From the sequence record SRR20825010_118: a stretch of DNA of 60,206 nt. One strand, written 5' to 3'. The notes beneath the pieces are model-generated. The model saw nothing but the letters and a program-made list of their open reading frames with translations, had not been told where the DNA came from and did not search any database. The position numbers and the translations under genes are program-made. Shown one piece after another: positions 30,050 through 40,879 of this stretch (its first letter is position 1; every line of letters begins with the position of its first letter).

Positions 30050-31065
30050 GAGGCAGCCGTAGAATATTTTAATGTGCCTTTTTCTGCCATAGCTTTGAAC
30101 TCGATCAACGACCTTCTTATTCCCTCTGCTATTTCTGTCAAAGGCAAGTCTTTGAATGTGCTTGCTATTTTACTATGATCCAAATCGCATACGAACAGGT
30201 TGGGCGGAGCACCGTCGGTAACGGAAAGGGATACATATTCCCCCATACCCAAAGCGGTAGCCTGTTCTTTTATAATATCCAAAAATGATGTAATCGGAAT
30301 AGTCTCCCCCTGTATATTAAAAGCACCGAAGCCTTCGTATGCCTGTAGAGCACAGGCAGCGAATTGTGCTCCCACATCCTCCACAAAATGGTAGTTTTCC
30401 CTACCCTGGTATGGCATTTCAAATGGAATTACTTTTCCATCCACAGCTCCCAAGACAATGGCCTTTAAGGCATTGGTCGGTGCAGAGGTCTTTCCTTTGT
30501 CCCTTCCTTTTCCATAGGTGGTGTTCAACCTAAGACAAACGGTAGGTACTTTGGTATTATCGTGAAATAAACGAGCCAAGTGTTCACCAGATAACTTCCA
30601 TATCCCATAGTGGTTGGGTGGAGCCAAGGGAACATCCTCATTAATTAAATCTTGTGGATACATAGACCTCATTCCGTAAACGGCAGCTGAGCTTGCAAAA
30701 ACGAACCTCTTGAGGTTGGTTAATTTTTCAGCGGCATCAAAAAGGGCCATCGTACCACCAGTATTTATTTCCATGCCACCAATATGATCACGGGAACAAT
30801 CCGGACTTTGATATGCCCCTAAATGTATAATGTGTGTGGGATCCACTTCGAACAACACCCGTTCAAGCTCCTTGTAATTGGAAACATCCAGAGTAACGAA
30901 CTCTAAACGGGGATCCAAATCATCAGGTAGCCATAATTTTAATGGGTCTACATTATTGGAGCGGGTTGCAATAACAATTTTCCCAACCTCCTTTGATTGT
31001 AGAAGCTTATAAATCGTCACCGATCCTATACAGCCGGTACCTCCGGTAATAAATATTTTGTGCAT
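30046..31065 (-). CDS. NAD-dependent epimerase/dehydratase (extended SDR)
   Basis: ITGGTGCIG, FASSAAVYG and YGIWK (YxxxK). ATGA overlap with the next gene. Confidence 0.88.
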   Translation of the reverse strand: MHKIFITGGTGCIGSVTIYKLLQSKEVGKIVIATRSNNVDPLKLWLPDDLDPRLEFVTLDVSNYKELERVLFEVDPTHIIHLGAYQSPDCSRDHIGGMEINTGGTMALFDAAEKLTNLKRFVFASSAAVYGMRSMYPQDLINEDVPLAPPNHYGIWKLSGEHLARLFHDNTKVPTVCLRLNTTYGKGRDKGKTSAPTNALKAIVLGAVDGKVIPFEMPYQGRENYHFVEDVGAQFAACALQAYEGFGAFNIQGETIPITSFLDIIKEQATALGMGEYVSLSVTDGAPPNLFVCDLDHSKIASTFKDLPLTEIAEGIRRSLIEFKAMAEKGTLKYSTAAS

Positions 31066-31125
31066 AATCTTAATGCTAGTTTTTTTTATATTAGGTTGTA
31101 GGCCTGTACAAGGACTAACGAATTA

Positions 31126-32238
31126 TCAGTTCATTTTTACAACGGCCTTCATATTATTTGCCTTTATCGAATCTTCAAAAGCTTGGTTAATGTCTTTAAA
31201 ATCGTAGTAATCCGTGTAGTGTTCAGAAGGAAAAATACCGGTTACCATCAATTTTTGTGCAGCCATATAGTCTGCCCTACAAGACCCCATGGAACCTCTC
31301 ATATTTAAGGAGGTACGGGTAAGGTGGGTGGCATTTATCTGTACATCTGTTCCGTAGGTAGCAATAACACATATGTCCCCTTCCGGCTTAACAACACCTA
31401 TCGCCTCTGTTAACACAGGTGGAACACCTGAGCATTCAATGAGAAGATCTACTTTTCCATTTGTCCCAAAAGGAATACCGTTATCATCGGTAATGCCATT
31501 TTGCAACTGGGTGGTCAAGGAATTTTCCGGTGAAACCTCTATAGTTATAAAACCTCTTTCCTTTGCCCTTTTTAAACGGATATCACGATCGTGTGCGATA
31601 CCTGTTACAGCTACTCTTGCACCTGCTGCCCGTGCTACTTCGGCAGACATCATACCAATGATTCCGCAGCCTGTTACAACTACGTCCTGTCCCGGCTTAA
31701 TGTCGCATTTGTTATATAGGGCATTGGTTATTATGGACAAAGGTTCTACCAAGGCACCTTGGGCCGGGGTAAGGCCTTTCATTAAGGGCACCACCCGATC
31801 CGACTCCAACACTACTTGTTGTCCAAAGCCTCCGTTTCTGTGAAAACCGATTATTTCTTTATTAGGACATAAATTCCATTTGGATACACTACAGGCCGGA
31901 CATTCCTCATCCCTACAACCCAACATGGCCAAGGGAGTAAAAATATCGCCCACCTTAAGGTCTCCATGGTCACCAGGTCCCAATTCCAAAACCTCGGCGC
32001 TAAACTCGTGCCCAATTACCCTAGGACGTTGCACCCAATCAAAATTGGCCTTACCAATAGTTGCACTATTGTCCGAACCACAGATTCCCGTATACAGTGT
32101 TTTTGCCAAAATTTCCCCCTCCTTTAAAGGCGGCATTTCCATGTCTACCACTGCAGAATTACTAAGGACAGATTGACCGGTGTTCGGATATATTTTTTCG
32201 TTGGATTGAAGACAAAATCCTTTTATAGAATTACTCAT
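31126..32238 (-). CDS. Zn-dependent alcohol/polyol dehydrogenase (MDR)
   Basis: GICGSD, GHE, a four-Cys structural Zn loop, EPL and GCGIIG. Confidence 0.88.
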   Translation of the reverse strand: MSNSIKGFCLQSNEKIYPNTGQSVLSNSAVVDMEMPPLKEGEILAKTLYTGICGSDNSATIGKANFDWVQRPRVIGHEFSAEVLELGPGDHGDLKVGDIFTPLAMLGCRDEECPACSVSKWNLCPNKEIIGFHRNGGFGQQVVLESDRVVPLMKGLTPAQGALVEPLSIITNALYNKCDIKPGQDVVVTGCGIIGMMSAEVARAAGARVAVTGIAHDRDIRLKRAKERGFITIEVSPENSLTTQLQNGITDDNGIPFGTNGKVDLLIECSGVPPVLTEAIGVVKPEGDICVIATYGTDVQINATHLTRTSLNMRGSMGSCRADYMAAQKLMVTGIFPSEHYTDYYDFKDINQAFEDSIKANNMKAVVKMN

Positions 32239-32339
32239 AGCATTAAATTGTTAATTTTATTTTCTTGTTCAAAATAAAGTTTAAAAATTGATTATTCAAT
32301 TATAAACAATGAACTTCCCTTATCTGGATAAGCTTTAGG

Positions 32340-33494
32340 TTACCATTTGACACCAGTGTCTTTCCAGCTCTTCGTTTTTGCCGACTCCAAAACGGCCTCG
32401 CAAACTTTCTGTGTTTCCTGAGCTTCCCTAAATGTAGGTGAGCATGGTTTCCCTTCCTGAAGGGCCTTAAGAAAATCTGCTATTTGATGTACAAAACTAT
32501 GCTCATACCCAATAGACAGTCCTGGTACCCACCATTTATCCATGTAAGGATGATCACCATCCGTAACATGGATGGAACGCCATCCTCTCTCTTGGGATTC
32601 ATCCCTATGGTCAAAATATTCCAAGCGACTTAAGTCATGCAAGTTCCATTTTATGGAGGCGTGTTCCCCATTTATTTCAAATGTATATAAGGCCTTATGT
32701 CCTCTAGCATATCTTGTAGATTCAAAAAGTCCCAAAGAGCCATTATCGAAATGACAATGAAACATACAGGCGTCATCTATGGTTACTTCCTGTTTTTCCC
32801 CCGTACCGGTATGTACTCTTTCTTTGATAAAAGTTTCGGTCATGGCGGAAACATCCTTGATCCCTCCATTTAACCACATGGCCGTATCTATACAATGTGC
32901 CAACAGGTCTCCAGTAACACCCGATCCGGCCGCATCATTATCCAAGCGCCATAAACCCTCCCCACCTTGTGGAAGTTCTGGACTAATGGTCCAATCCTGT
33001 AAAAAATTGGCTCGATAATGAAAAATTTTACCCAGTTTACCAGCATCTATAAGTTGTTTCGCCAAGGTAACCGATGGCAATCTCCTGTAATTAAAATAGA
33101 CGGTATTGGGCACTCCTGCCTTTTCAATGGCATCGACCATAGGCTGAGCTTCCGCAACGGTACGCGCCAAAGGTTTTTCACATAAAACCATTTTTCCGGC
33201 TTCTGCCGCCGCAATGGCAATTTCGGCGTGCATATTATTAGGGGTACAAATATCAATGGCATCAATGTCATCACGGGCAATAAGCTTTCTCCAATCGGTT
33301 TCCACGGACTCATAGCCCCATTGATCGGCAAAGGCCTGGGTACGTTCAAGGTTTCGCCCGCAAATTGCTTTTAATACAGGTTGATATTCCAGTTCGGGAA
33401 AAAAATTGCCCACCCTGCGATATCCATTGGAATGGGTTCTTCCCATAAATCCGTAACCTACCATTCCTATTCGTAATTCTTTCTTACTTGACAT
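32340..33494 (-). CDS. Gfo/Idh/MocA family oxidoreductase (sugar/glycoside dehydrogenase-like)
   Basis: [27 protein letters not shown] and GDLLAHCID. Confidence 0.9.
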   Translation of the reverse strand: MSSKKELRIGMVGYGFMGRTHSNGYRRVGNFFPELEYQPVLKAICGRNLERTQAFADQWGYESVETDWRKLIARDDIDAIDICTPNNMHAEIAIAAAEAGKMVLCEKPLARTVAEAQPMVDAIEKAGVPNTVYFNYRRLPSVTLAKQLIDAGKLGKIFHYRANFLQDWTISPELPQGGEGLWRLDNDAAGSGVTGDLLAHCIDTAMWLNGGIKDVSAMTETFIKERVHTGTGEKQEVTIDDACMFHCHFDNGSLGLFESTRYARGHKALYTFEINGEHASIKWNLHDLSRLEYFDHRDESQERGWRSIHVTDGDHPYMDKWWVPGLSIGYEHSFVHQIADFLKALQEGKPCSPTFREAQETQKVCEAVLESAKTKSWKDTGVKW

Positions 33495-33561
33495 GTGTAC
33501 TCTATTTTTTTATTTTAAATTAAAATTCCAACTTTATCGAATGTACAATACGCCTATTATC

Positions 33562-34611
33562 TTAAGGCGCTTCGTACCAGCCATGCATTTGGCGAACCTT
33601 GATCATGGCACCTAAAATATCGTTCCAAGTTTTGGGCTGCATCATAACATCGTTGGGAAACATACAGCCATCCCAACAGATATGCCTGATTTTTTTGGTC
33701 AGGATACCGTTTTCATCCCGCAACCAATGGCCTGCATCCACGGCGATGTCCAATTTTCCGTTTGGATCCGTGGCTTGGCAATGCCTTCCCGTTTTGTCAT
33801 GGGATCCAGACCCGAACACCGTGCCATCATTTTGGGCCACATGAAAATCAATTGTCCATGGGCGTAGTGCAGCCGTTACTGTCTTAAGGCCTTCGGTTAA
33901 TGTAGCCCTATCGTTCCAATCGAAGTCTTTGGGCAATATTCTTTCGTCCTCCTTATTATAACCTAAGAGATACAACAAGGTATGGGCCATATCGGCCTGA
34001 AACCCAATATTAGGTCTATCAACGGCTTCAAGGGTGTTCACCATGGTCTTCCAACCGTGCATCCCGCCCCAGCAAATTTCACCTTCGGCCGCTAGAGACT
34101 CCCCATAATCTGCTGCCACATCACAAGCTTCACGGAAGGTTTGTGCTATTAATTTTGTATTGGCCACGGGATCTGCTGCCCAGCTATGTGGATCAACGGA
34201 CGAATCTATTCTAATTACTCCATTGGGACGTATCCCTAGATCGCGCAATTTTTTACCTAAAATACAAGCCTTGCGGACCTGGGTTACAAACTGATTGCGT
34301 TCCTCCCTGGATCCCATTGCGGAGCCTCCTCCGGTACCGGCCCATACAGGAGCTACCAAACTTCCAATTTCAAGATTTTTGGCCCTTGCCTTATCCGCCA
34401 TTTTTTTAATACCATCATCATTTGAATCTATATCCAAATGGGGGTCGGCAGCAAAAAGGTCAAATCCATCAAATTTAACCCCATCTACCTCCGCATTGGC
34501 GGTTAGCTCTATCATGGTATCTATAGAAATTGGTGGCTCTGAATCAGGTCCTTTTCCTACCACACCGGGCCACGAAGCGTTGTGGAGTTTTGGATAATTG
34601 TTTTCTGGCAT
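33562..34611 (-). CDS. Xylose isomerase-like TIM-barrel protein (sugar phosphate isomerase/epimerase family)
   Basis: Metal-ligand-like motifs AEGE, DMAH and FHVAQND, in an operon with Gfo/Idh/MocA genes. Confidence 0.75.
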   Translation of the reverse strand: MPENNYPKLHNASWPGVVGKGPDSEPPISIDTMIELTANAEVDGVKFDGFDLFAADPHLDIDSNDDGIKKMADKARAKNLEIGSLVAPVWAGTGGGSAMGSREERNQFVTQVRKACILGKKLRDLGIRPNGVIRIDSSVDPHSWAADPVANTKLIAQTFREACDVAADYGESLAAEGEICWGGMHGWKTMVNTLEAVDRPNIGFQADMAHTLLYLLGYNKEDERILPKDFDWNDRATLTEGLKTVTAALRPWTIDFHVAQNDGTVFGSGSHDKTGRHCQATDPNGKLDIAVDAGHWLRDENGILTKKIRHICWDGCMFPNDVMMQPKTWNDILGAMIKVRQMHGWYEAP

Positions 34612-34634
34612 AACAATAGTTTTTATTCGTTATA

Positions 34635-35858
34635 TTATTTTCTTGGCATTATTACCGATTCCCACCCCTTCAGATCGGACGGTTTTACATTTTTCTGATA
34701 CCCCTCGAAATTAAATGTAGTTGGCTCATACCCCCCTACAAAATCTATCGGATTGTCCTCTTTAATTACATCTTCCATTTCCAATCCCCAAAAACAGGCG
34801 TTGATGAGCATTCTTCTAAAACCTTCATTCAGGATATCCTCTGAAGCCCCATGGGTAGTTGTAAATGCCCTTCCGGGCTTTCCTTTTTCCAACTGGTAAG
34901 TCCTAACCCAGGCAACAGGTAATTCTTCCTTGCTAGTGTCGGGTGCCGAATCAGGGGTCATTCCGTTCAACACCCTTCCCCTGGCCAATATCTTCAAATC
35001 CTTGCCTTGGGGGTAGGCATTATAGCCTCCACATTGCGCCCATGCATTTTGTACTCCGCGCATTATAGGATGTTCCTTATTATTTTCTTCCATAATCAGT
35101 TTGGAAGCCTGTTGATGGTTCTTGCCATAGTGGCCTACCCAGGTTTCCCCTAAAACTACTTCTCCAAATCCACCGTGCCAAGCCTTGTTTTCACCTTCAT
35201 ATTTAAAGTCATAATGATTCCAGTTAGGGTTGTCGGCATTTTTAAAAGCATGTGTGGTAGTCCGTAAACCTATTATAGACCCCCCCCTATTTAGATAGTC
35301 ATCTATATATTGCATCTGCTCATCTTCAAAATTTGCAAACCTCATGAACATTACCATAAGGTCCGCCTTTTTAAGTACATCGAGCCCCTTAAGGTCCGAC
35401 CCTCCGGGAAAGATATTGCCGTCATCGTCCAAAGCCCAAACCACGGTACAGCTAAAACCATATCTTTTGGCCAAAATCCTGGCCAATGCAGGTAAGGTTT
35501 CCTCACCCCTATATTCATGATCCGTAGCTATAAAAACAATATGTTTACCTTTTCCAGGACCTTCCGAGCCATTGTATGTTATACGGTATTCATCCGGACT
35601 CCTTTCACCCTTAATGCCCTGCCCATTCAACAAGGGACCATCATTGTCCAACTCCACTCTGTCCGCCTGTGCTATCAATTGTTCCGAATATTCCTTACCG
35701 AGATCGGCAGCGGCTTTGCTGTCCTTATTCCCACAAGAAACAAGCACACCAGCCACCAAGAAAGACCATAGGGCATTCCATGTGAACTTCCCAAAAAAAG
35801 AATATCTGAAAATTACTGATTCCAACATAATAATACAAATCTTAAATACCCGGCGCAT
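34635..35858 (-). CDS. ThuA-like (class I glutamine amidotransferase-like) lipoprotein
   Basis: HIVFIATDHEYRGEE, GLRTTTHAF, PVAWVR and FTTTHG motifs, lipobox LVSC. The true start may be ATG 35828. Confidence 0.78.
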   Translation of the reverse strand: MRRVFKICIIMLESVIFRYSFFGKFTWNALWSFLVAGVLVSCGNKDSKAAADLGKEYSEQLIAQADRVELDNDGPLLNGQGIKGERSPDEYRITYNGSEGPGKGKHIVFIATDHEYRGEETLPALARILAKRYGFSCTVVWALDDDGNIFPGGSDLKGLDVLKKADLMVMFMRFANFEDEQMQYIDDYLNRGGSIIGLRTTTHAFKNADNPNWNHYDFKYEGENKAWHGGFGEVVLGETWVGHYGKNHQQASKLIMEENNKEHPIMRGVQNAWAQCGGYNAYPQGKDLKILARGRVLNGMTPDSAPDTSKEELPVAWVRTYQLEKGKPGRAFTTTHGASEDILNEGFRRMLINACFWGLEMEDVIKEDNPIDFVGGYEPTTFNFEGYQKNVKPSDLKGWESVIMPRK

Positions 35859-36036
35859 GAACTATTTCAATACCCTACCCTCAAGAGTTAGAGGGAATCA
35901 CAGTATAAAAATTCCACGGATAACCAATGGGCACACTAAGCCATTTAGTTTATCAATATCCAAATTTATTATCACTTTTTATACACTATTCTTAAAATTT
36001 ATAGCGATAAAATTTGACAATAAAAACTTAGGTTTA

Positions 36037-36101
36037 CAAATCTAAAATACTATCCGCATGAATATTCCCTATATCTTACTAAAAGATGACACTTTTTTGT
36101 C
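36037..36101 (-). promoter_or_regulatory. Putative AraC operator and -7 promoter of the leftward operon
   Basis: Minus strand GACAAAAAAGTGTCATCTTTTAGTAAGATATAGG (36101-36068), then TAGATTTG (36044-36037) after 23 nt. Confidence 0.7.
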
Positions 36102-36137
36102 TTAAATTAGCCAAAATAAAATTTAATCCGCCAATTT

Positions 36138-37022
36138 ATGAGTACCCCCAACATTGAAAAAACCCTAACAACAAAAGAAACTTTTATTTTCAAGGATATG
36201 GTAGGCCCCTACTTCAATCCAAATTGGCACTTTCATCCGGACTTCCAAATATCCTTGATCGCTGAGGGTAAAGGCACCAGATTTGTTGGGGACCACGTAC
36301 AATCTTTTGAAAAAGGCGACCTGGTTGTTACGGGCCCAAACCTTCCACACTTATGGCGTAGCGATGACGCTTATTTTGACAAAAACAGCAAACTCTCTAC
36401 CAGAGGCTTGGTAATTTATTTTGACCACGATCTCTTTAGTGAATCCTTATTGGGCAAGGAAGAGTTTTATAATATAAACAAGTTTGTGGAGAATTCGGTC
36501 CGGGGCATGGAGTTCTATGGCGAAACCCGAAATAAAATAAATAAACTTATTCATAAAATAAATAATGAACTAGGATTTCGAAGAATCATAAAACTACTGG
36601 AAATAATAGATATCCTGGCCAATAGTGAAGAATATCACCTATTGTCCAGTCCGGGGTACACCAATGTCTTTAAAGGGGATGATGCCGACAAAATGCGGAT
36701 TGTCTACGACTATGTGATGTCTAACTTCAAGACCAAAATCTCATTGGAAGAAATAGCTGAAATGCTCAATATGACCACCACCTCTTTCTGTAGGTATTTT
36801 AAACCTAGGGCCAATAAGACTTTTACACGCTTTGTAAATGAAATCCGAATAGGGCATTCAAGAAAGTTATTGCTGGAGGATAATTTCAATATTTCGCAAA
36901 TAAGTTATGAGTGTGGATTTAATGCCCTATCAAACTTCAACAGACAATTCAAGGCAATCGTACATATGAGCCCCCATGAGTACCGAAAATTGTTTTTGAA
37001 TATCAAAACAAGCATATCCTAG
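36138..37022 (+). CDS. AraC family transcriptional regulator
   Basis: Cupin domain (WHFHPDF, GTRFVGD, GPNLPH) and a double HTH (SFCRYFK, ISYECGF, SNFNRQFK). Confidence 0.93.
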   Translation: MSTPNIEKTLTTKETFIFKDMVGPYFNPNWHFHPDFQISLIAEGKGTRFVGDHVQSFEKGDLVVTGPNLPHLWRSDDAYFDKNSKLSTRGLVIYFDHDLFSESLLGKEEFYNINKFVENSVRGMEFYGETRNKINKLIHKINNELGFRRIIKLLEIIDILANSEEYHLLSSPGYTNVFKGDDADKMRIVYDYVMSNFKTKISLEEIAEMLNMTTTSFCRYFKPRANKTFTRFVNEIRIGHSRKLLLEDNFNISQISYECGFNALSNFNRQFKAIVHMSPHEYRKLFLNIKTSIS

Positions 37023-37281
37023 TAACATAAATTATGGCCCACACCCTATTGCCGCAATTATTATTTAGAAGTTCAGGATTAAAATCCAGTAATAACCAAC
37101 CCTAACCTATTTACCAGAGTTTAAAACTCAGTCTAAATAAATTATAAGCATATTTTACCCTCACCATATTATCTGTCAATTTCGGGCCACATAATACAGA
37201 ATAGTTCTTCCTTATATGCTACGCATATTATAAGCTGCAATGCATTTAGGTTTCAATGACAATGACCCAATTTATTACAAT

Positions 37282-37346
37282 GACAAAAAAGTACCATTAT
37301 TTAGTAGGATATAGGAACTTTAAAAAATCATTAAAGTTTAAATTTA
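37282..37346 (+). promoter_or_regulatory. Putative AraC operator and -7 promoter of the MFS operon
   Basis: GACAAAAAAGTACCATTATTTAGTAGGATATAGG (37282-37315) is 29/34 identical to the leftward copy. TAAATTTA (37339-37346) follows after the same 23 nt. Confidence 0.7.
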
Positions 37347-37552
37347 TCAGCTTTTAAATTTTCCGGTTGAAAGGATCTCGAACAAAAGGTGTAAATGCCA
37401 TATAATAAAAGCGCAAAATAGGTAGTCTTTAATTTGTTATTTGATAAATCAATTAAAAATAAATTATGATTATTGTAAAAAAGAGATTAAACTTATACGC
37501 TGAAATCAAAAATTAAATTATACACCAACTAATTAAAAATCTATTAAATCCA

Positions 37553-38821
37553 ATGGAAAAATCAAATGATCAACAAAAAACCAATGCCAACAGACTGTTT
37601 TACGGTAGCTGTTTCGCATTAATTACTACCGCATTTTCTTTTAGTATTAGAGCCGGTATTCTTCCACAGTTAGGAGAAGAACTAAGTTTAAGCGCTGAAC
37701 AACTGGGCTTTATCAATTCCATGTGGTTCTTTGGCTTTCCGATATCCATGGTTATCGGAGGATTAATCTACCATAAGGTTGGTGGAAAGGCCATTATGCA
37801 ATTTGCCTTCTTTGCCCATGCCTTAGGGATTATTCTAACCATTTATTCTGGCAGTTATATTGGCTTACTCATTTCCACCTTATTAATAGGTCTTGGTAAT
37901 GGTTGTACCGAAGCTGCCTGTAACCCTATGATTGCGGACGCCTACTCCGGAACCAGAATGAGTAGAATGATGAACCGTTTCCATATGTGGTTCCCTGGAG
38001 GTATTGTAATAGGTAGTCTTGTATCCAAATTCATGACCGATGCAGGCTTAAGTTGGGAGACTCAAATCTGGGTGATTATGATTCCAACCCTGATCTATGC
38101 CTATTTGTACTTTGGACAGTCTTGGCCTAAAGCCAAAATTGAAGCTGCTGCCACCCTTAGTGGTAATTTAAAAGCCATGGTGTCCCCACTATTTATTTTC
38201 ATGATTATTTGTATGTCTTTGACAGCTATCTCCGAATTTGGTCCACAACAATGGGTAGGCCTTATCTTGGCCAAGAGTGGTGCAGAACCTATGATTATAT
38301 TGGCACTGGTTACAGGACTTATGGCCGTAGCCCGTTATTTTGGTGGTGAAGTAGTTCACAAATTCGATCAAACTGGAGTCCTATTGGGTTCTGCCGTTCT
38401 AGCCACAATAGGCATCTATCTTTTTAGCACCCAAACCGGAACCATGGCCTATGTCGCTGCCATCTTCTTTGCATTGGGAATAGCCTATTTCTGGCCAAAC
38501 ATGATTGGTTTTATAGCTGATAAAATACCAAAAAGTGGTGCCTTGGGAATGTCCATCATTGGTGCTGTAGGTATGTTCTCCTCATCCATATTCCAACCTA
38601 TTATTGGAGGATGGATCGATTCTGACAAGGCCGAAGCTGCCGCCGCAGGATTTACCGGGGATGAATTGGAACTGGTATCCGGACAAGCCACCCTTGGTAC
38701 TATGGTAGCCTTCCCTGCTATTTTGATCGTCCTATTTACCATACTTTGGTTTTGGGTCAAAAAACGCAAAAACACCGATGCCGCTGAAGCTACTAGCGGC
38801 CAACCCGTAACAGACTATTAG
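37553..38821 (+). CDS. MFS sugar transporter
   Basis: About 12 hydrophobic segments, with GLGNGCTEAACNP and NRFHMWFPGG motifs, in a sugar-catabolism context. Confidence 0.87.
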   Translation: MEKSNDQQKTNANRLFYGSCFALITTAFSFSIRAGILPQLGEELSLSAEQLGFINSMWFFGFPISMVIGGLIYHKVGGKAIMQFAFFAHALGIILTIYSGSYIGLLISTLLIGLGNGCTEAACNPMIADAYSGTRMSRMMNRFHMWFPGGIVIGSLVSKFMTDAGLSWETQIWVIMIPTLIYAYLYFGQSWPKAKIEAAATLSGNLKAMVSPLFIFMIICMSLTAISEFGPQQWVGLILAKSGAEPMIILALVTGLMAVARYFGGEVVHKFDQTGVLLGSAVLATIGIYLFSTQTGTMAYVAAIFFALGIAYFWPNMIGFIADKIPKSGALGMSIIGAVGMFSSSIFQPIIGGWIDSDKAEAAAAGFTGDELELVSGQATLGTMVAFPAILIVLFTILWFWVKKRKNTDAAEATSGQPVTDY

Positions 38822-38841
38822 AAAATACATAAAATTAAAGT

Positions 38842-39684
38842 ATGAAAATTGGAATGAATATGTTGCTCTGGACTAACCATGTCACAGAGCAACACTTTGA
38901 TATTGTAGATACCCTAAAAAAAACTGGCTATGATGGTATTGAGCTGTTCTTAGGTGAAGGGGATCTTAAGCATTATACAAAATTAGGCAAGCATTTTTCC
39001 AGCATCAATATGGGTGTCACTGCAGTAGGTGCATTATCTCCAGAGCAGAATATTGCCAGTCCCGATAAAAAAACAAGGGAGGCAGGCCTGGAGCGTTTAA
39101 AGTGGACCATTGATATGGCCGAGGCCGCCAATGTTGAAGTGATATGCGGTCCTTTTCATTCCACCTTTGCCCTATTTACACGCCAACCACCTACGCTACA
39201 GGAAAAACAATGGAGCAATGAGATGCTTTATAAAGCGGCCGAATATGCCCAAAAAGCCAATATTGTGCTTACTCCTGAAGCCGTGAACAGATTTGAATGT
39301 TACCTATATAACACTATGGCCGACCTTGGCAGTATGGTCCAGGAGGTAAACCATCCAAATTTGGGCGCCATGTTTGATACACACCATGCCAATATTGAAG
39401 AAAAAAGTCAGGGCCAAGCAATTAGAACCATTGCGCCCCATTTAAAGCACGTGCATATTAGCGAGAACGATAGGGGTACGCCCGGTAGTGGACAAGTACA
39501 TTGGGATGAGGTCTTTGCCGCCCTGAAAGAGATAAAGTATGACGGCTGGCTTACCATTGAGGCTTTTAGCACCATTATTCCCGAGTTCGCCAATGCCATT
39601 AACGTATGGAGGGATTACTCTCCTTCCGAAGAAATCTATACCAAAGGCTTGAAATTGATCCAAGAAGGCATGGGGATTAAATAA
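38842..39684 (+). CDS. D-tagatose/D-psicose 3-epimerase family TIM-barrel protein
   Basis: GYDGIE, EAVNRFE, DTHHANIEE, HVHISENDRGTPG and IEAF motifs. Confidence 0.85.
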   Translation: MKIGMNMLLWTNHVTEQHFDIVDTLKKTGYDGIELFLGEGDLKHYTKLGKHFSSINMGVTAVGALSPEQNIASPDKKTREAGLERLKWTIDMAEAANVEVICGPFHSTFALFTRQPPTLQEKQWSNEMLYKAAEYAQKANIVLTPEAVNRFECYLYNTMADLGSMVQEVNHPNLGAMFDTHHANIEEKSQGQAIRTIAPHLKHVHISENDRGTPGSGQVHWDEVFAALKEIKYDGWLTIEAFSTIIPEFANAINVWRDYSPSEEIYTKGLKLIQEGMGIK

Positions 39685-39731
39685 TTAATACAGTTCCTTA
39701 TGTCCAATATGAATACACTAAAAAATAATTA

Positions 39732-40853
39732 ATGAAAAATCTATTACCCATCCTTATCTGCCTTTTCCTATTCGCCTGTAAAGAGCAAAAAGAGGCAAAA
39801 ACGAATGAAACGGCAACCGTGGAAACTACGGACACTCCCCAGCAATGGCTAACTTTTGAAGGTGGTGATAAAAATGCAAAGCACATAGTCCTTATTTCCG
39901 GGGATGAAGAATACCGCTCTGAGGAATCGATGCCGCAATTGGCTAAAATTCTTTCCAAACACCACGGATTTAACTGTACCGTGCTGTTTGCACAGAATCC
40001 GGCCAACCCTGGTATAATAGATGCCAATTATGTGAAAAACATCCCGGGCCTGGAAGCCCTTGACAGTGCAGACCTGATGATTATTTCTACAAGGTTTAGA
40101 GCTTTGCCGGACGATCAAATGAAACACATTGATGATTATCTTATGGCTGGTAAACCTGTAATTGGGCTTAGAACGGCTACTCATGCCTTTAACTTTAAAG
40201 ATGAGGATGTCTCCAGTTATAAACATTATGGAAACTCCTATAAGGGGGATTTGGAAGAATGGAACGGTGGATTTGGTCGACTTGTTCTAGGTGAAAATTG
40301 GGTAAGCCATCACGGGCACCACAAGCACCAAAGTACCAAAGGTTTTGTGGCCGATGCAGGAAAAACTACAGGAATTACCAATAGTATTGAAGATGGGGAT
40401 GTCTGGGCCTCTGCCGATGTCTATGAGGTTCGCCTGCCAATGTCCGGTGATTCCGAACCTATAATTTATGGAAAAGTAATGAATAGGAAAGGCGAATTTG
40501 ACGAAAATGATATATTTTATGGAATGCGCCCCACAGATGATGAAGCTGCCAAGACCAACAATACAGGAAAAGATGTAAGTGCACCACTAATGCCGGTAGC
40601 ATGGACCAAAACCTATCAAATTCCTGGAGGAAATAAAGGAAAGGCCTTTACCTCCACGGCCTTTTCAGCAGTAGATTTCACGATTGAAGGAACAAGAAGA
40701 TTAGTCGTAAATGCCGTTTATTGGGCGCTGGATCTACCGGTACCAGCCAATACCAAGGTTGAATTGGTAGGTTCTTATAATCCTACTACCTATGAGTTTA
40801 GGAAGGACGAATACTGGGATCAGAAACAACTAAAAGTATCCGACTTTAAATAA
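39732..40853 (+). CDS. ThuA-like lipoprotein (paralog of 34635..35858)
   Basis: Lipobox LFAC, plus HIVLISGDEEYRSEE, GLRTATHAF and PVAWTK. Confidence 0.8.
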   Translation: MKNLLPILICLFLFACKEQKEAKTNETATVETTDTPQQWLTFEGGDKNAKHIVLISGDEEYRSEESMPQLAKILSKHHGFNCTVLFAQNPANPGIIDANYVKNIPGLEALDSADLMIISTRFRALPDDQMKHIDDYLMAGKPVIGLRTATHAFNFKDEDVSSYKHYGNSYKGDLEEWNGGFGRLVLGENWVSHHGHHKHQSTKGFVADAGKTTGITNSIEDGDVWASADVYEVRLPMSGDSEPIIYGKVMNRKGEFDENDIFYGMRPTDDEAAKTNNTGKDVSAPLMPVAWTKTYQIPGGNKGKAFTSTAFSAVDFTIEGTRRLVVNAVYWALDLPVPANTKVELVGSYNPTTYEFRKDEYWDQKQLKVSDFK

Positions 40854-40879
40854 CACCAATTAACCAACCAATCTTTACC

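Noticed and set aside
36068-37315. Inverted repeats around araC as insertion-sequence ends
   Set aside because: The enclosed gene is a regulator, not a transposase, and no target duplication was seen. Both repeats are phased with promoters, which fits operators.
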